A DNA stretch of 64,000 nt from Minisyncoccia bacterium (GCA_044229075.1 JBGATS010000002.1:40058-104057), one strand, 5' to 3'. Shown: positions 43,931 to 54,324, counted from the first letter of the stretch. The notes: generated from the sequence alone by a model not told the origin. Made by a program: numbers and translations.

Positions 43931-44833
43931 ATGAAAAAAGTACTTATTAGTTGTTTACTCATTATTTTCTTCGCGGTTAACTACCACGCATTTTTTGGTG
44001 ATAATATAGTATCGTTTCCAAAAATTTCATTTACATCTCTTTGGAAGTCTATTACTTTTCAAAAAGGCGCACCGCAACAAATTGCTTCTGACACAGTATC
44101 AGTACCACAAGAGGTTTACGAACAAGCAAAAGATATAACAACAAAGGATGTACTATCTCCAATCAACCGTGAGTCCCTTATTAATTTAATTAATAAAGAG
44201 CGAAAGGAAAGAGGATTTCTACCACTTCAAATGGTTACTGTATTGAATAATTCAGCAGAAGCAAAGAATAATGATATGGTTGCATATCAGTACTTTGCTC
44301 ACGAATCACCAAAGGATAACGAAAAAAACTTTTCTTATTTTATTACTCGACAAAAATATGACTTTGTCCGAGTGAGCGAAAACCTTGCGATGGGGGATTT
44401 TCAAAATGCACAAGAAGTAGTAGATGCATGGATGAAAAGCCCTACACATCGATCGAATATTCTCTACCAACACTATTCGGAAACAGGTATTGCTGTACAA
44501 CAAGCAACTCTCTTTGGGAAAAAGGTACTCCTAATTACACAACATTTTGGGATACCTCGATCAGCATGCCCACCCGTTCCAGGGGCGGTTATTTCGCTTA
44601 TGCGAGATCTTGAATATAAAGCAGACACAAAACGTAGTATACTTGATAACTTGAAGCAAGAAATTGATACCCAAGAAAAAACAGGAAATTTTGAGGCGTC
44701 CAACGAAATTATAGGGAAGTATAATGAAGTTATCCGAGCTTATAATCAGCTAGTGTTAGATTTTCAGAATATATCAACAGAATATACTAAACAAATTAAT
44801 GCATATGATGCATGTATCCAGAAATTAAATTAA
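43931..44833 (+). CDS. Secreted CAP/SCP-domain (YkwD-like) protein
   Basis: Signal peptide. The CAP motifs are HR-N-IL (THRSNIL) and YSETGIAV. Confidence 0.6.
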   Translation: MKKVLISCLLIIFFAVNYHAFFGDNIVSFPKISFTSLWKSITFQKGAPQQIASDTVSVPQEVYEQAKDITTKDVLSPINRESLINLINKERKERGFLPLQMVTVLNNSAEAKNNDMVAYQYFAHESPKDNEKNFSYFITRQKYDFVRVSENLAMGDFQNAQEVVDAWMKSPTHRSNILYQHYSETGIAVQQATLFGKKVLLITQHFGIPRSACPPVPGAVISLMRDLEYKADTKRSILDNLKQEIDTQEKTGNFEASNEIIGKYNEVIRAYNQLVLDFQNISTEYTKQINAYDACIQKLN

Positions 44834-44985
44834 TTACGTCTCTGAAGAGAATCTTTTCTTAAAGGAAAATAATGGAAGGGAGCTTATAGGAAATACTCAA
44901 TGATAAAAATATATAATTGTCCCACAATATATCTTTTGTAACAAATAATATAGTTATTTATAAATAAAGTATTAATTCTAATAAT

Positions 44986-45018
44986 AAGAAGGGCTCTTAT
45001 AGGCCCTTCTTATTATTT
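44986..45018. terminator. Bidirectional terminator
   Basis: aagaagggc-tcttata-gcccttctt followed by ATTATTT. Confidence 0.75.
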
Positions 45019-45051
45019 ATTCCTCCTTATTCAATTTATGTAATAGTTTCT

Positions 45052-45441
45052 TTATTTCATACTGTCGAGCTTATCGTGGATTTTTGTTAGCTCTGTTTTC
45101 AATGCTTCGAGAGTTAGTGATTCTTGTGCGAGATTCGCTTCAACCTCAAAAATTTCATTCGATGTTTTTGTACTAAGAGTTGCATCTCGCTCAACGTTTT
45201 TGATAATAATTGCGTTACCCACCATTGTATGTAAAAACATTCCGAGTCCACCCAATAATAATAATCCAACAATCAAAGAAGTAACTGCGGGAAGTTCTAT
45301 TGTGTCTGCGATATGCCAAACCCCTCTCCAAAATAACACAACGCCAACTCCTGCAAAAAAAGCATGAATGAAAGGTATTCTTTCAAAAAATTTTCGAGAA
45401 CGTTCTTCTATTTGTAAAAGTATATTCGTTATATAGTTCAT
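45052..45441 (-). CDS. Small membrane protein, hypothetical
   Basis: Two TM helices and a C-terminal coiled-coil-like segment. Confidence 0.35.
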   Translation of the reverse strand: MNYITNILLQIEERSRKFFERIPFIHAFFAGVGVVLFWRGVWHIADTIELPAVTSLIVGLLLLGGLGMFLHTMVGNAIIIKNVERDATLSTKTSNEIFEVEANLAQESLTLEALKTELTKIHDKLDSMK

Positions 45442-45535
45442 ATAATTGTAAGTATATCATTATAAAACTGTTTTGTGTATATTTTGTTTAAAATAAAAAA
45501 AATCTTACAAGAAATATGTAAGATTTTTAATAATT

Positions 45536-45904
45536 TCAATTTTGACAGAATTTAAAGGGGATATTTTCCTTTACTAAATTTTCCATTTTAAAAAGTGGAA
45601 ACAAGAGAACCCGACCAATGAATCTATCATAGAAACATCGAGTCGTTTTTAAGTTAATTACTTCCCTTTCTGTTGAAAAAGATTCCCATAATAATGGAAT
45701 ATCTTTTTCTGGAAAGTCAAGATCTTGAGATGGAATTACTTTACCTGTACTATTAATAAAGAAGAACAATTCCCAACCGAAGAGGTGTGACGAGGTTTTT
45801 GAAAGATAAATTGCCCCCCTCTTCTCACATTCTCCGAAGTATAAAATTTTTACTTCTTTAAACACTTTAAATAACTTGTTTATATTATCCTTTACATTTT
45901 TCAT
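45536..45904 (-). CDS. Hypothetical protein
   Basis: 122-aa ORF in an AT-rich segment with no recognisable motifs. Confidence 0.3.
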   Translation of the reverse strand: MKNVKDNINKLFKVFKEVKILYFGECEKRGAIYLSKTSSHLFGWELFFFINSTGKVIPSQDLDFPEKDIPLLWESFSTEREVINLKTTRCFYDRFIGRVLLFPLFKMENLVKENIPFKFCQN

Positions 45905-46020
45905 ATTAATATTTTAGAAACAGTATAATATTAATTAAAAAATTAGTCAATATAACCCGTAAATATTTCAATAAAAAATCCGAGATAAATTTCCTATCAG
46001 ATTTCTTTGTATTAAAAAAT

Positions 46021-47355
46021 TTATTTATACCGAAAACCACTTGTCGGAAGATAAATCATCGGGTCAAGATATGCGTTAATTGGCGCAAGAGGCATAGTAT
46101 AGGTCTTTCCACTACACGCAGAACTCGGTCGCTCGGTAATACGGGCTCCTTCCTCACCATTAGCGCCAGATGTTGCAAAAACAGTGAGGTGAAGATGTGG
46201 CGCAGTAGAATGCCCAGTATTTCCAGAATACCCAATGAGATCACCTTTTTGTACTGTTTGCCCGGAAGAAACTTTGATTAGGGAAAGGTGCCCATATGCG
46301 GTGGAAAGTCCATTATTGTGGCGAATAAAAATCCATTTTCCAAAAGAAGCTTTCGAGCAGGTTTTATCAGTATCACCAGTACCTTCCACTACCCCGCTCC
46401 CTACTGCATAAACAGGTGTACCAACAGTAGCACGAAAATCGATACCACTGTGTGACCCTGATGTATAGAGTCTTCGTGCATCGACAGTTTTACCAAACCG
46501 TTGAGTGATGACAACTTCATCAACTGGCCACCCAAATGTCTCTGATCCCGTTTGTGGGAGATTTTTTGTACTTAATACGAATTTTAATTTTGATTCATAA
46601 CTTCGAATTTCACCATCAATCTGAGTTTTTTTCTTTTGAAGATCTGTGATCATTTTCTTGTATTCACTTTCTTTATTCTTTGTTTGTTTTAATAAAGAAT
46701 CCTTTTCTGCTCGTTCTAATGCAATGAGTTTTTCTTTATCAGCTAATTGTCCAGAGAGTTGTTCTAATTCACGTTTTTTCTGTTCTAAATCTTTTTGTGA
46801 GGATGTGAGATCGCTTGTCTTGTCATGCATATCAATAACAACTCCGCGAAGTTTATTTTGAATCGTAGTGAGATCATGGTAATCGATTAGGAATTCTGAA
46901 AGTGAATTTTTGCGGAAAAGTAATTCTATAAAAGATCGGTTATCGTTACGATCAAGAGACCGTAATGTTGCTGCAATTGCTTGTTTGTTTTGGTGAATTC
47001 CTTGAGATAAGTCTTGTATCTCGTCAATATTTTTCTCGATAGTAAAACTTGTTTTATCAATTTTTTTATGTGTTGAAGAGAGCGATGTTTCAAGAAGTCT
47101 TTCCGATCCACGTAATCGAGAAACTTCTTGGTTAAGATTCTTTGCTTGCCCAGAAACTTCTTGAACCTGGTTTTGGAAATGAATAATCTGGTTTTCCAGT
47201 TCCTGGATTTGTCGGTTTTTTTCCGCAATTTCATTTTCAATTTCGGTTTTTATTGTTTTTACTTGAGCAGATACAGAAAAACCTGCGGTAAGTAACATAA
47301 TGAAAATTAATATAATACTTTTACGAACATGATTCATATCATACAAGTATATCAT
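46021..47355 (-). CDS. M23 family peptidase with N-terminal coiled coil (EnvC/LytM-like)
   Basis: A long heptad-rich N-half. C-terminus GSHSGIDFRATVGTPVYAVGSGVV...GHLS...GDLIGYSGNTGHSTAPHLHLTV carries the HxxxD and HxH M23 motifs. Confidence 0.8.
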   Translation of the reverse strand: MIYLYDMNHVRKSIILIFIMLLTAGFSVSAQVKTIKTEIENEIAEKNRQIQELENQIIHFQNQVQEVSGQAKNLNQEVSRLRGSERLLETSLSSTHKKIDKTSFTIEKNIDEIQDLSQGIHQNKQAIAATLRSLDRNDNRSFIELLFRKNSLSEFLIDYHDLTTIQNKLRGVVIDMHDKTSDLTSSQKDLEQKKRELEQLSGQLADKEKLIALERAEKDSLLKQTKNKESEYKKMITDLQKKKTQIDGEIRSYESKLKFVLSTKNLPQTGSETFGWPVDEVVITQRFGKTVDARRLYTSGSHSGIDFRATVGTPVYAVGSGVVEGTGDTDKTCSKASFGKWIFIRHNNGLSTAYGHLSLIKVSSGQTVQKGDLIGYSGNTGHSTAPHLHLTVFATSGANGEEGARITERPSSACSGKTYTMPLAPINAYLDPMIYLPTSGFRYK

Positions 47356-47379
47356 ATAAAAACACCCGATTAGGTGTTT

Positions 47380-48723
47380 TTATAACATATTTATTACTTT
47401 GTCTATACGTTTCAATGTTTCTATTTTTCCAAAAATCTCTGCGAGCGTAAATGGATCAGGTGATTTCTCACGACCTGATAGAGCAAAACGCATTGGCCAG
47501 AGTACGCTCCCCCGCCCTACTGATTCTGCATAATCCCATATTACTGACTTAACTCCGTCATGAGTCCATGGATCACTATAATCTTGTAGTAGTTTTGTAA
47601 TCTCTTGTAAATGAGCTTTTGTTTGATCTAATGTATCAATTTTCCACGTTAATTTTTCAAGGTCGATAATTGGTTGTGATATAAAATAATCATACTCACC
47701 CTGTTGTGCCAATTCTGTAATCTGTCCAAAATAATCAATACGTTCTACAATAGTAGGAATTAATTTATCGAGCATTTCGTCAGCTAGGTTTTTTAGTTGT
47801 TCTGGTAGAAATTTGAGCACCCATTCTTTTTTCTCATTGTCAGAAAGTTGTTTGATATATTCACGATTAAACCAGTTGAGTTTTTCTGGATTGAAAACCG
47901 CTCCTGATTTTTGCATTCTTTCAAAATCAAAACGTTTAATAAGTTCAGGTATTGAAAAAACTTCTTGCTCTGATCCCGGGTCAGCAGGATTCCAGCCAAG
48001 CATTACAATACAATTAAATACAGCTTCTGGTAAATAACCCATTTTCGCATAGTCAGTCATTGCAAGTGCTCCTTTGCGTTTTGATAATTTTTTCTTATCT
48101 GCAGTAAGTACTAATGGGAGGTGTGCATATTGTGGGACGTCCCACCCAAGAGCTTCCATAATGAGTATGTGGCGCGGAGTATTAGAAATATGCTCTTCGG
48201 CTCGAATAACATGCGTGACACCTTCATCGTGATCATCAACAATCGCAGCTAAATGATATACCGGATCGTTAATAGTTCGAGCAAGTACAAAGTCACCTAA
48301 ATCAGTTGTATCGATAGTTACTGCACCGCGAATAAGGTCAGTGAAAGTAATAATTTTACCAGGATTTCTAAAACGAACAACGTCTTTCATATCTCCTGAA
48401 CCGTCTCTTGATTCTTCGTGAGATAAATAAGCTTTATCTTCTTTAATAAGATAATTTAAAATTTCTTTATGGCGTTCAAGGTTTTCTGACTGAATAAACA
48501 TTTCGTCGTGTTTAATTCCAAGCCATTCTAATGCCTCAAAAATATCTTCACGTGCCCCTTCTTGGTTACGAGCTTTATCAGTATCTTCGATACGGAGAAT
48601 AAACTTCCCATTATTTTGGCGAGCAAACAGCCATGCGTACATAGCAGTTCGATAACCTCCTGCATGAGCTTTTCCTGTTGGTGATGGTGCGAAACGCGTA
48701 ATGATCTTTGACATATATAACAA
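47380..48723 (-). CDS. gltX: Glutamyl-tRNA synthetase
   Basis: ITRFAPSPTGKAHAGGYRTAMYAWLFAR (HIGH-class), ILRIEDTD and KLSKRKGA (KMSKS variant). Confidence 0.9.
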   Translation of the reverse strand: MLYMSKIITRFAPSPTGKAHAGGYRTAMYAWLFARQNNGKFILRIEDTDKARNQEGAREDIFEALEWLGIKHDEMFIQSENLERHKEILNYLIKEDKAYLSHEESRDGSGDMKDVVRFRNPGKIITFTDLIRGAVTIDTTDLGDFVLARTINDPVYHLAAIVDDHDEGVTHVIRAEEHISNTPRHILIMEALGWDVPQYAHLPLVLTADKKKLSKRKGALAMTDYAKMGYLPEAVFNCIVMLGWNPADPGSEQEVFSIPELIKRFDFERMQKSGAVFNPEKLNWFNREYIKQLSDNEKKEWVLKFLPEQLKNLADEMLDKLIPTIVERIDYFGQITELAQQGEYDYFISQPIIDLEKLTWKIDTLDQTKAHLQEITKLLQDYSDPWTHDGVKSVIWDYAESVGRGSVLWPMRFALSGREKSPDPFTLAEIFGKIETLKRIDKVINML

Positions 48724-48751
48724 CTATAGCAGATTACAAAAAACAAAAAAC

Positions 48752-48777
48752 TTGACAATTATATATATATATATAAT
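48752..48777 (+). promoter_or_regulatory. Sigma70-like promoter TTGACA-14 nt-TATAAT whose spacer is a (TA)8 dinucleotide repeat
   Basis: TTGACA at 48752-48757, (TA)8 at 48760-48775, TATAAT at 48772-48777, and ATG of the downstream gene at 48802. Confidence 0.5.
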
Positions 48778-48801
48778 AGGTGTAAATCAAAATAAATAAG
48801 A

Positions 48802-49434
48802 ATGAAAAAAATTATTGTATTGTTTATGGTATGTATCTATTGCATATCAACAAATGCTGCTGACACGAGTATTGTTTCAAAATGGACCGATATTAGTGCC
48901 TGGCAAACCATTAGAATTAACTCCGAGCAAAAAGCACCATTACTCTGGGTGAGTCATGAACATAAAAAATTCTTTCTAGAAACGCGGGTAAATTTTGACT
49001 GGCTATCTACATTCGGAGTAATTGTAGGAAAAACTTTCCAAAAGAAAAATGAATTTTGGGTAACTCCAAAAGCTGGGTTACTACTGAGTGCTTCAAAGGA
49101 CGCTTATAATGGTACAACCTGGGAAGTAAATTTTGGAGGTACTAAAAAGAAATTTTCATATTTTACCAGGAATCAGTTTGCTACTTCGTTTCAAAAAAAG
49201 AACCCTGCTTTTGTTTATCAATTTGTAAATTTACAATTTGATGTCAATAAATATTTCAGTATAAGTGGTGCATATCAAATTTATCAAGAAACCCGTAAGG
49301 GCGTACTACCTGTATTAGATATAGGTCCGCAAGCCGTATTTAGATTCAAAGGATTTTATTTAAAAACTCGGTACACTGGTGATCTAATTTCAAAGTTGCA
49401 GAAAGTAACATTTGGGTTCGGTTATAATTTTTAA
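48802..49434 (+). CDS. Secreted protein with beta-barrel-like features (alternating hydrophobics, C-terminal ...GFGYNF)
   Basis: Signal peptide MKKIIVLFMVCIYCISTNA. Amphipathic beta-strand periodicity. A terminal aromatic Phe as in outer-membrane beta-barrels. Confidence 0.45.
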   Translation: MKKIIVLFMVCIYCISTNAADTSIVSKWTDISAWQTIRINSEQKAPLLWVSHEHKKFFLETRVNFDWLSTFGVIVGKTFQKKNEFWVTPKAGLLLSASKDAYNGTTWEVNFGGTKKKFSYFTRNQFATSFQKKNPAFVYQFVNLQFDVNKYFSISGAYQIYQETRKGVLPVLDIGPQAVFRFKGFYLKTRYTGDLISKLQKVTFGFGYNF

Positions 49435-49452
49435 AAAATAAACCACTCGATA

Positions 49453-49483
49453 AAAGCCTTATAAAATAAATAAGGCTTTTTTA
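49453..49483. terminator. Bidirectional terminator
   Basis: aaagcctta-taaaataaa-taaggcttt followed by TTT. Confidence 0.75.
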
Positions 49484-50611
49484 ATATTTTATATGACTCA
49501 ATCCTATCTCCATAACTTTTTGTGCGATTATTCGCGCTGCGCCAGGAACATAAAATGCGTGAGCTCCTGCTGCCATTTTATGATGTAGATTAAGATCTGA
49601 TACGATTCGGTCAATTTCATTAATGAGTATGTGAGGGGTGAGATTTTTTTCCTCAATGACAACTCCTGCACCCGCCCTGGCATAGTTATAGGCATTTTTA
49701 CGCTGATGGTCATTATTTGTGGTAGTAATTGGAATTACTACCGCAGGAATTCCCCAGGAAGCTATTTCGAACAACATCGATCCGGCACGTGACACAACCA
49801 CTTTTGCAATTCCTGCAGCCATACGAATGGATAATGGATTCAGAAATGCAAATGGTTTATAACGATTTTTCAAAGGCGATCCGTCCAAAACCGCAGACGA
49901 CCTACTGATCACTTCATCAAAATTTGCCTTCCCTGTTTGGTGAACAATTTGGTACTTTTGAACAAGTTCCGGCAATGCCTGGAGTACTGCATCATTAATA
50001 ATTTGTGCACCCAGTGATCCGCCGAGAATAAAAATAGTTGGCGTATCTTTTTCAAGACCAAGAAATTCATATGCACCATCGGCAATGGGATGTTCTAATT
50101 CAGGACGGATAGGTTGTCCGGTGCGTGCAGTTTTTTCTTTTGGAAAATATTCCACAGATTCTGTATAGGATAATGCAATAGCCTGTGCAAATTTTCCTGC
50201 CCATGCTGTTACACGGCCAGGCGCAGAGTCAGATTCATGAATGACAACAGGAATTCGTAATATTCGAGCGGCCAACAATGTTGGAAATGACGCGTATGCA
50301 CCTTTTGCAAAAACAACATCCGGATATATTTTGAACAAATCCCAAAAACCTACTAATACACCATAGGCAGTTTTGAATAAATCAGTGATGTTTTTTAGTG
50401 AAAAATAAATACGTAGTTTCCCTGCTGGAATTTCGACAAAATGGATTCTGTTTTCGAATAGTGCTTCGCGATCATATGGAGCATCAGAAAAATAATATAA
50501 CTGCACATGAGCTATTTTTTCTTCATCGATAATTTTATTTATCTCTTGAGCAACGGCAATCAATGGGTAGAAGTGCCCGCCTGTTCCTCCACCAGTTAAA
50601 ACTATTTTCAT
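49481..50611 (-). CDS. murG: UDP-N-acetylglucosamine--N-acetylmuramyl-(pentapeptide) pyrophosphoryl-undecaprenol GlcNAc transferase
   Basis: MKIVLTGGGTGGHFYPLIAVAQEI. The minus-strand TGATATACT lies 9 nt upstream of this ATG, so the longer ORF-track start at 50629 is unlikely. Confidence 0.85.
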   Translation of the reverse strand: MKIVLTGGGTGGHFYPLIAVAQEINKIIDEEKIAHVQLYYFSDAPYDREALFENRIHFVEIPAGKLRIYFSLKNITDLFKTAYGVLVGFWDLFKIYPDVVFAKGAYASFPTLLAARILRIPVVIHESDSAPGRVTAWAGKFAQAIALSYTESVEYFPKEKTARTGQPIRPELEHPIADGAYEFLGLEKDTPTIFILGGSLGAQIINDAVLQALPELVQKYQIVHQTGKANFDEVISRSSAVLDGSPLKNRYKPFAFLNPLSIRMAAGIAKVVVSRAGSMLFEIASWGIPAVVIPITTTNNDHQRKNAYNYARAGAGVVIEEKNLTPHILINEIDRIVSDLNLHHKMAAGAHAFYVPGAARIIAQKVMEIGLSHIKY

Positions 50612-50687
50612 ATTGAATAAGTATATCACGAGTTAGTATTCTTGCAAAAAAATCCTTTGCCCTCCTGACAGAAAGTAAACAAAGGAT

Positions 50688-51809
50688 TTACCGTTGAACT
50701 GGAATTGATACTGTTCTTTGGTATTGAGAAATATTCAAGACAATCCCAACAGATAATAACGCAAAGAGGAGCGCTGTTCCCCCGTGGGATACAAATACGA
50801 GAGGTAGTCCTGACAATGGGAAAAGTGCTATAGTTGATGCAATATTGAGAAGGGATTGTAATAATATTAATAAAATAATCCCAACTACAACAAATCGGTA
50901 AAAGGTATCGTGCGTTCTTAAGGCAATGACAAATCCACGAAGTCCGAAAAATAGATAGACAATGACTAGTCCTAGAGATCCAATAAATCCAAATTCCTCA
51001 GATACAACAGCATAAATCGAGTCTGAAAGTGGCTCGGGGAGGTATTTAAATTTTTGAACACTCTGTCCGAATCCGCGTCCAGTCATACCACCCGATCCAA
51101 CTGCAATGAGTGATTGCTGAATTTGATACGATGATCCTAGTGGATCATGCGCAGGATTCATGAATGTTGTAAGTCGTGAGAGGATATAAGGTCGTGTCAT
51201 GATGAGAATTCCACCGAGGAGTAATCCTACCAAGAATAGCATCCCAATATGTTTCCATTGTGCCCCAGACAAGAAATACATAATAATACAACTGATTGCA
51301 ATAATCATAAAAGTATCTGTGTCAGGTTGTGCAAGAAGAATTCCACCCACTACTCCTAATAAAACACATAATGGGAGCAAGGTGTTCCAGATTGTTTTTT
51401 CTTTTTTTTCAACATAAGCGAGCCATGCTGCATAATAGATAATGATAGTATATTTTAAAATTTCTGCAGGTTGGAATGAAATAAATCCAAGATCAATCCA
51501 ACGTGCAGCTCCACCGATTTTAACACCGACACCAGGTATAAGGACAATTGCCGTGGCAATAAGACTAATAATTGCCATAGGAAGCGCTGCCGTACGGAGA
51601 TACTTTAAAGGAATTTTTATCATACAATAGGCACCAACAATACCCCCAAAAAGACCTAAGATAACCTGTGTGAGAATTACTCGAGAAAGGTCACCTTTTG
51701 AACCTAATAAAGAAAGTGATGCCGAGAGAAAAAATAATAACCCGAAAACCACCAGAATTCCGGTCAAGATGAGAAATATTCTATCGATAGTAAATTGTTT
51801 TGTAGTCAT
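50688..51809 (-). CDS. ftsW: SEDS-family peptidoglycan glycosyltransferase FtsW/RodA
   Basis: A 10-TM SEDS pattern with the motifs GFQPAE and QTDLGT-like elements (ISFQPAEILK, AQPDTDTF). Confidence 0.8.
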   Translation of the reverse strand: MTTKQFTIDRIFLILTGILVVFGLLFFLSASLSLLGSKGDLSRVILTQVILGLFGGIVGAYCMIKIPLKYLRTAALPMAIISLIATAIVLIPGVGVKIGGAARWIDLGFISFQPAEILKYTIIIYYAAWLAYVEKKEKTIWNTLLPLCVLLGVVGGILLAQPDTDTFMIIAISCIIMYFLSGAQWKHIGMLFLVGLLLGGILIMTRPYILSRLTTFMNPAHDPLGSSYQIQQSLIAVGSGGMTGRGFGQSVQKFKYLPEPLSDSIYAVVSEEFGFIGSLGLVIVYLFFGLRGFVIALRTHDTFYRFVVVGIILLILLQSLLNIASTIALFPLSGLPLVFVSHGGTALLFALLSVGIVLNISQYQRTVSIPVQR

Positions 51810-51830
51810 AAGATATAATCAAAACTAGTG

Positions 51831-52889
51831 TTACCCGATAATTGCAATAACAATTCCCAAAATTGCAAACATGAGTGAAATAATCCAGTATCGCATGGTT
51901 ATCTTTTCTCGTGACCAACCGAGTGCTTCAAAATGATGGTGAAGTGGGGCAACGCGAAAGATTTTCCTTCCAAAAAATCTCTTTGAAATGATTTGAACAG
52001 TAGATGAAAATGAGGTAGCTAATAAGAGCGCCCCAATAATAGGCAATAATAATACTGCGTCAGTAAGAAACGCAATCGATGCAAGCATGAGGGTGAGCCC
52101 CAGCATCCCTGTTTCACCCATATAAAATCGCGCAGGAGGAATATTGAACCAGAGAAATGCGAGAGTTGCACCGCTGGTAACAAAACATAATGTTGCAATG
52201 TCTATCTGGTTCTGCATGAGCGCAATAGTACCAAACGCTCCATAGGCAATTGCCATCACCCCACCTGCGAGTCCATCAATTCCATCAATAACCCGGGATG
52301 AAAATGTTCCCAGTGTTACTAATACGAAGATTGGAATAAATAACCACCCAACATGCCAATATCCAAAAAAAGGTACATAGATATCTCGTATCCCAAGCTT
52401 CAAGAAAAAATATGAGCCAATTCCTATCCCAATTACAGTCACCAGTAGGATGAGATATTTTGAAGGGAGACCTTGTTTAATCTTTGAAAATCGATGAGCA
52501 AAAATTTCAACGAAATCTTCAAATAACCCAAACAATCCCCCGAATAATAATACTCCGACTGGAAGTAATGTCTGGTTACGACTCAAGAAATCAAGTTTAC
52601 CAAGAATTTCGCCACCAACAATAATTTTCAAAAGATAGACTACTACAATAGTGAGTACTACAGATCCCCAAATAATAACACCACCAACTCGTGGAGTGTG
52701 TATCTCGGAAGCTTCTTTTTCTGTATGGAGCTTTTTGAATGCCTCACTCATTTCATCTGGATTATCTAATCGCGATGACTGTTTCCAAAGCCGATATTGG
52801 TAAAAATAACGAGTAGCCAGCGGCGTGATTGCAATTCCAATCACAAAAGAAAGCATTGCTGGAAAAAAGATTTTTATAATATTCATCAT
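51831..52889 (-). CDS. mraY: Phospho-N-acetylmuramoyl-pentapeptide transferase
   Basis: NIPPARFYMGETGMLGL, DGIDGLAGG and HHHFE are the MraY motifs. Confidence 0.9.
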   Translation of the reverse strand: MMNIIKIFFPAMLSFVIGIAITPLATRYFYQYRLWKQSSRLDNPDEMSEAFKKLHTEKEASEIHTPRVGGVIIWGSVVLTIVVVYLLKIIVGGEILGKLDFLSRNQTLLPVGVLLFGGLFGLFEDFVEIFAHRFSKIKQGLPSKYLILLVTVIGIGIGSYFFLKLGIRDIYVPFFGYWHVGWLFIPIFVLVTLGTFSSRVIDGIDGLAGGVMAIAYGAFGTIALMQNQIDIATLCFVTSGATLAFLWFNIPPARFYMGETGMLGLTLMLASIAFLTDAVLLLPIIGALLLATSFSSTVQIISKRFFGRKIFRVAPLHHHFEALGWSREKITMRYWIISLMFAILGIVIAIIG

Positions 52890-52907
52890 AATTATAATAC
52901 AGGTAAA

Positions 52908-53498
52908 TTATTCAGAGAGTAATTCTTCTGATAGTGTTGATAAATCCTTTTCTGGTAGAGAATCCTGATTCCCTTCCAATGGTATTCGTTTTTCGATTTC
53001 GTCATGAAGTTCTTGAAATTTCGGCAATTGTGTTTGATTAAGAACTCCCAAAAATCGGAGTGCGTCTGCAGTAATAACATACCCAGAATTTCTACTATTC
53101 CCTATTTCCTTTTCTACCATACCACGCAAAACAAGACTGCGTAACATGAATTGCGAGTTGACTCCTCGGATATAATCAATAGACGATTTTGTAATCGGTC
53201 CGCGATATGCGATGAGCGCAAGTGTTTCCAGGGCACCTTTGGAAAATTCCTTGGTTATCTCTTCTTTTTCGAGCGTGTTCAGTACGTCTTTCAATTCTGG
53301 TCGAGTAACCAATGTCGCTGATTCATTGTGAACAAGGAGTACAACAGCTTGATCCGCAAGTAACCCGTGTAATTCTGTCACTGCAGCATGTACTGAATCT
53401 TTGTCAGTCTGTAACGAATCTGCAAGTTCACGAAAAGTCCACGTGTCGCCACTGGTGAACAAGAGTGCATGGATAAGTTGAGTAAGTGGTTGTGTCAT
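52908..53498 (-). CDS. scpB: Segregation and condensation protein B
   Basis: LIHALLFTSGDTWTFRELADSL plus tandem winged-helix domains. Confidence 0.8.
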   Translation of the reverse strand: MTQPLTQLIHALLFTSGDTWTFRELADSLQTDKDSVHAAVTELHGLLADQAVVLLVHNESATLVTRPELKDVLNTLEKEEITKEFSKGALETLALIAYRGPITKSSIDYIRGVNSQFMLRSLVLRGMVEKEIGNSRNSGYVITADALRFLGVLNQTQLPKFQELHDEIEKRIPLEGNQDSLPEKDLSTLSEELLSE

Positions 53499-53503
53499 AA
53501 AAT

Positions 53504-54286
53504 TTATACATCAGTTTCTGATAATTCATAGGGATGTGCGACAATATCCTCAAAAAGATTTTCCTGGGCAACGGTAACGAGCGCCTTTTTCACCATTTCC
53601 AGTACTGCCAGAAATGAGAGTACTGCATATACTTTCGCCTCACGTCGTTCTGTAGGATTAGCTGCGTTGCGATATCGATCGGTAGCATCACGCAGACTGA
53701 AGAGTGATCCAGATTGGACTGCCTGGGCAACACGATCCATAACTTGCTCCAGAGTAATTGTTGTCTTTACTGATTTTTCTACAAGTTTTTCAACAACAGG
53801 GAGTGCTACAAAAAGTTCAGAGAGAACATTAATGAGTACTGCTGATGATACAGAATCGTGTGGTGCAAAAATAGGAACTTTCTTTTCCTTTGGCGGGGTA
53901 CCTCGATAGGATGCCGGTTTTTTATTAAATAATTTTCCAAAATCCTCACTGTATCGCTTGAGGATTTCATAGAGACGTAACCGCTCGGTCAGATCATCAA
54001 TTGATTCGGTCTCTTCTTCTGAAAGTTCAATGGTAGGTACCAGGCTACGTGCTTTGATCAATACCAATGTTGCTGCTACCGCCAAAAATTGTGATTGACC
54101 TGCGATTACTTCTTCATCGGATGATTTAAATTCTTCTGAACTATTCAGTGTACTCATAGATGACAAGTAATCCTGTGTTACTTCTGCCAATGAAATTTCT
54201 GAAACATGCATTTTCTTTGATTCTATTAAATCCAAGAGAAGTTCAAGAGGTCCTTCAAAGTATGAAGTTTTTAATTGAAACGACAT
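53504..54286 (-). CDS. scpA: Segregation and condensation protein A
   Basis: FEGPLELLLDLIESKKMHVSEISLAEVTQDYL is the ScpA N-terminal signature. Confidence 0.8.
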   Translation of the reverse strand: MSFQLKTSYFEGPLELLLDLIESKKMHVSEISLAEVTQDYLSSMSTLNSSEEFKSSDEEVIAGQSQFLAVAATLVLIKARSLVPTIELSEEETESIDDLTERLRLYEILKRYSEDFGKLFNKKPASYRGTPPKEKKVPIFAPHDSVSSAVLINVLSELFVALPVVEKLVEKSVKTTITLEQVMDRVAQAVQSGSLFSLRDATDRYRNAANPTERREAKVYAVLSFLAVLEMVKKALVTVAQENLFEDIVAHPYELSETDV

Positions 54287-54324
54287 AATAAGAATTATAT
54301 CATAAAAACCGCATTAATGCAGTT

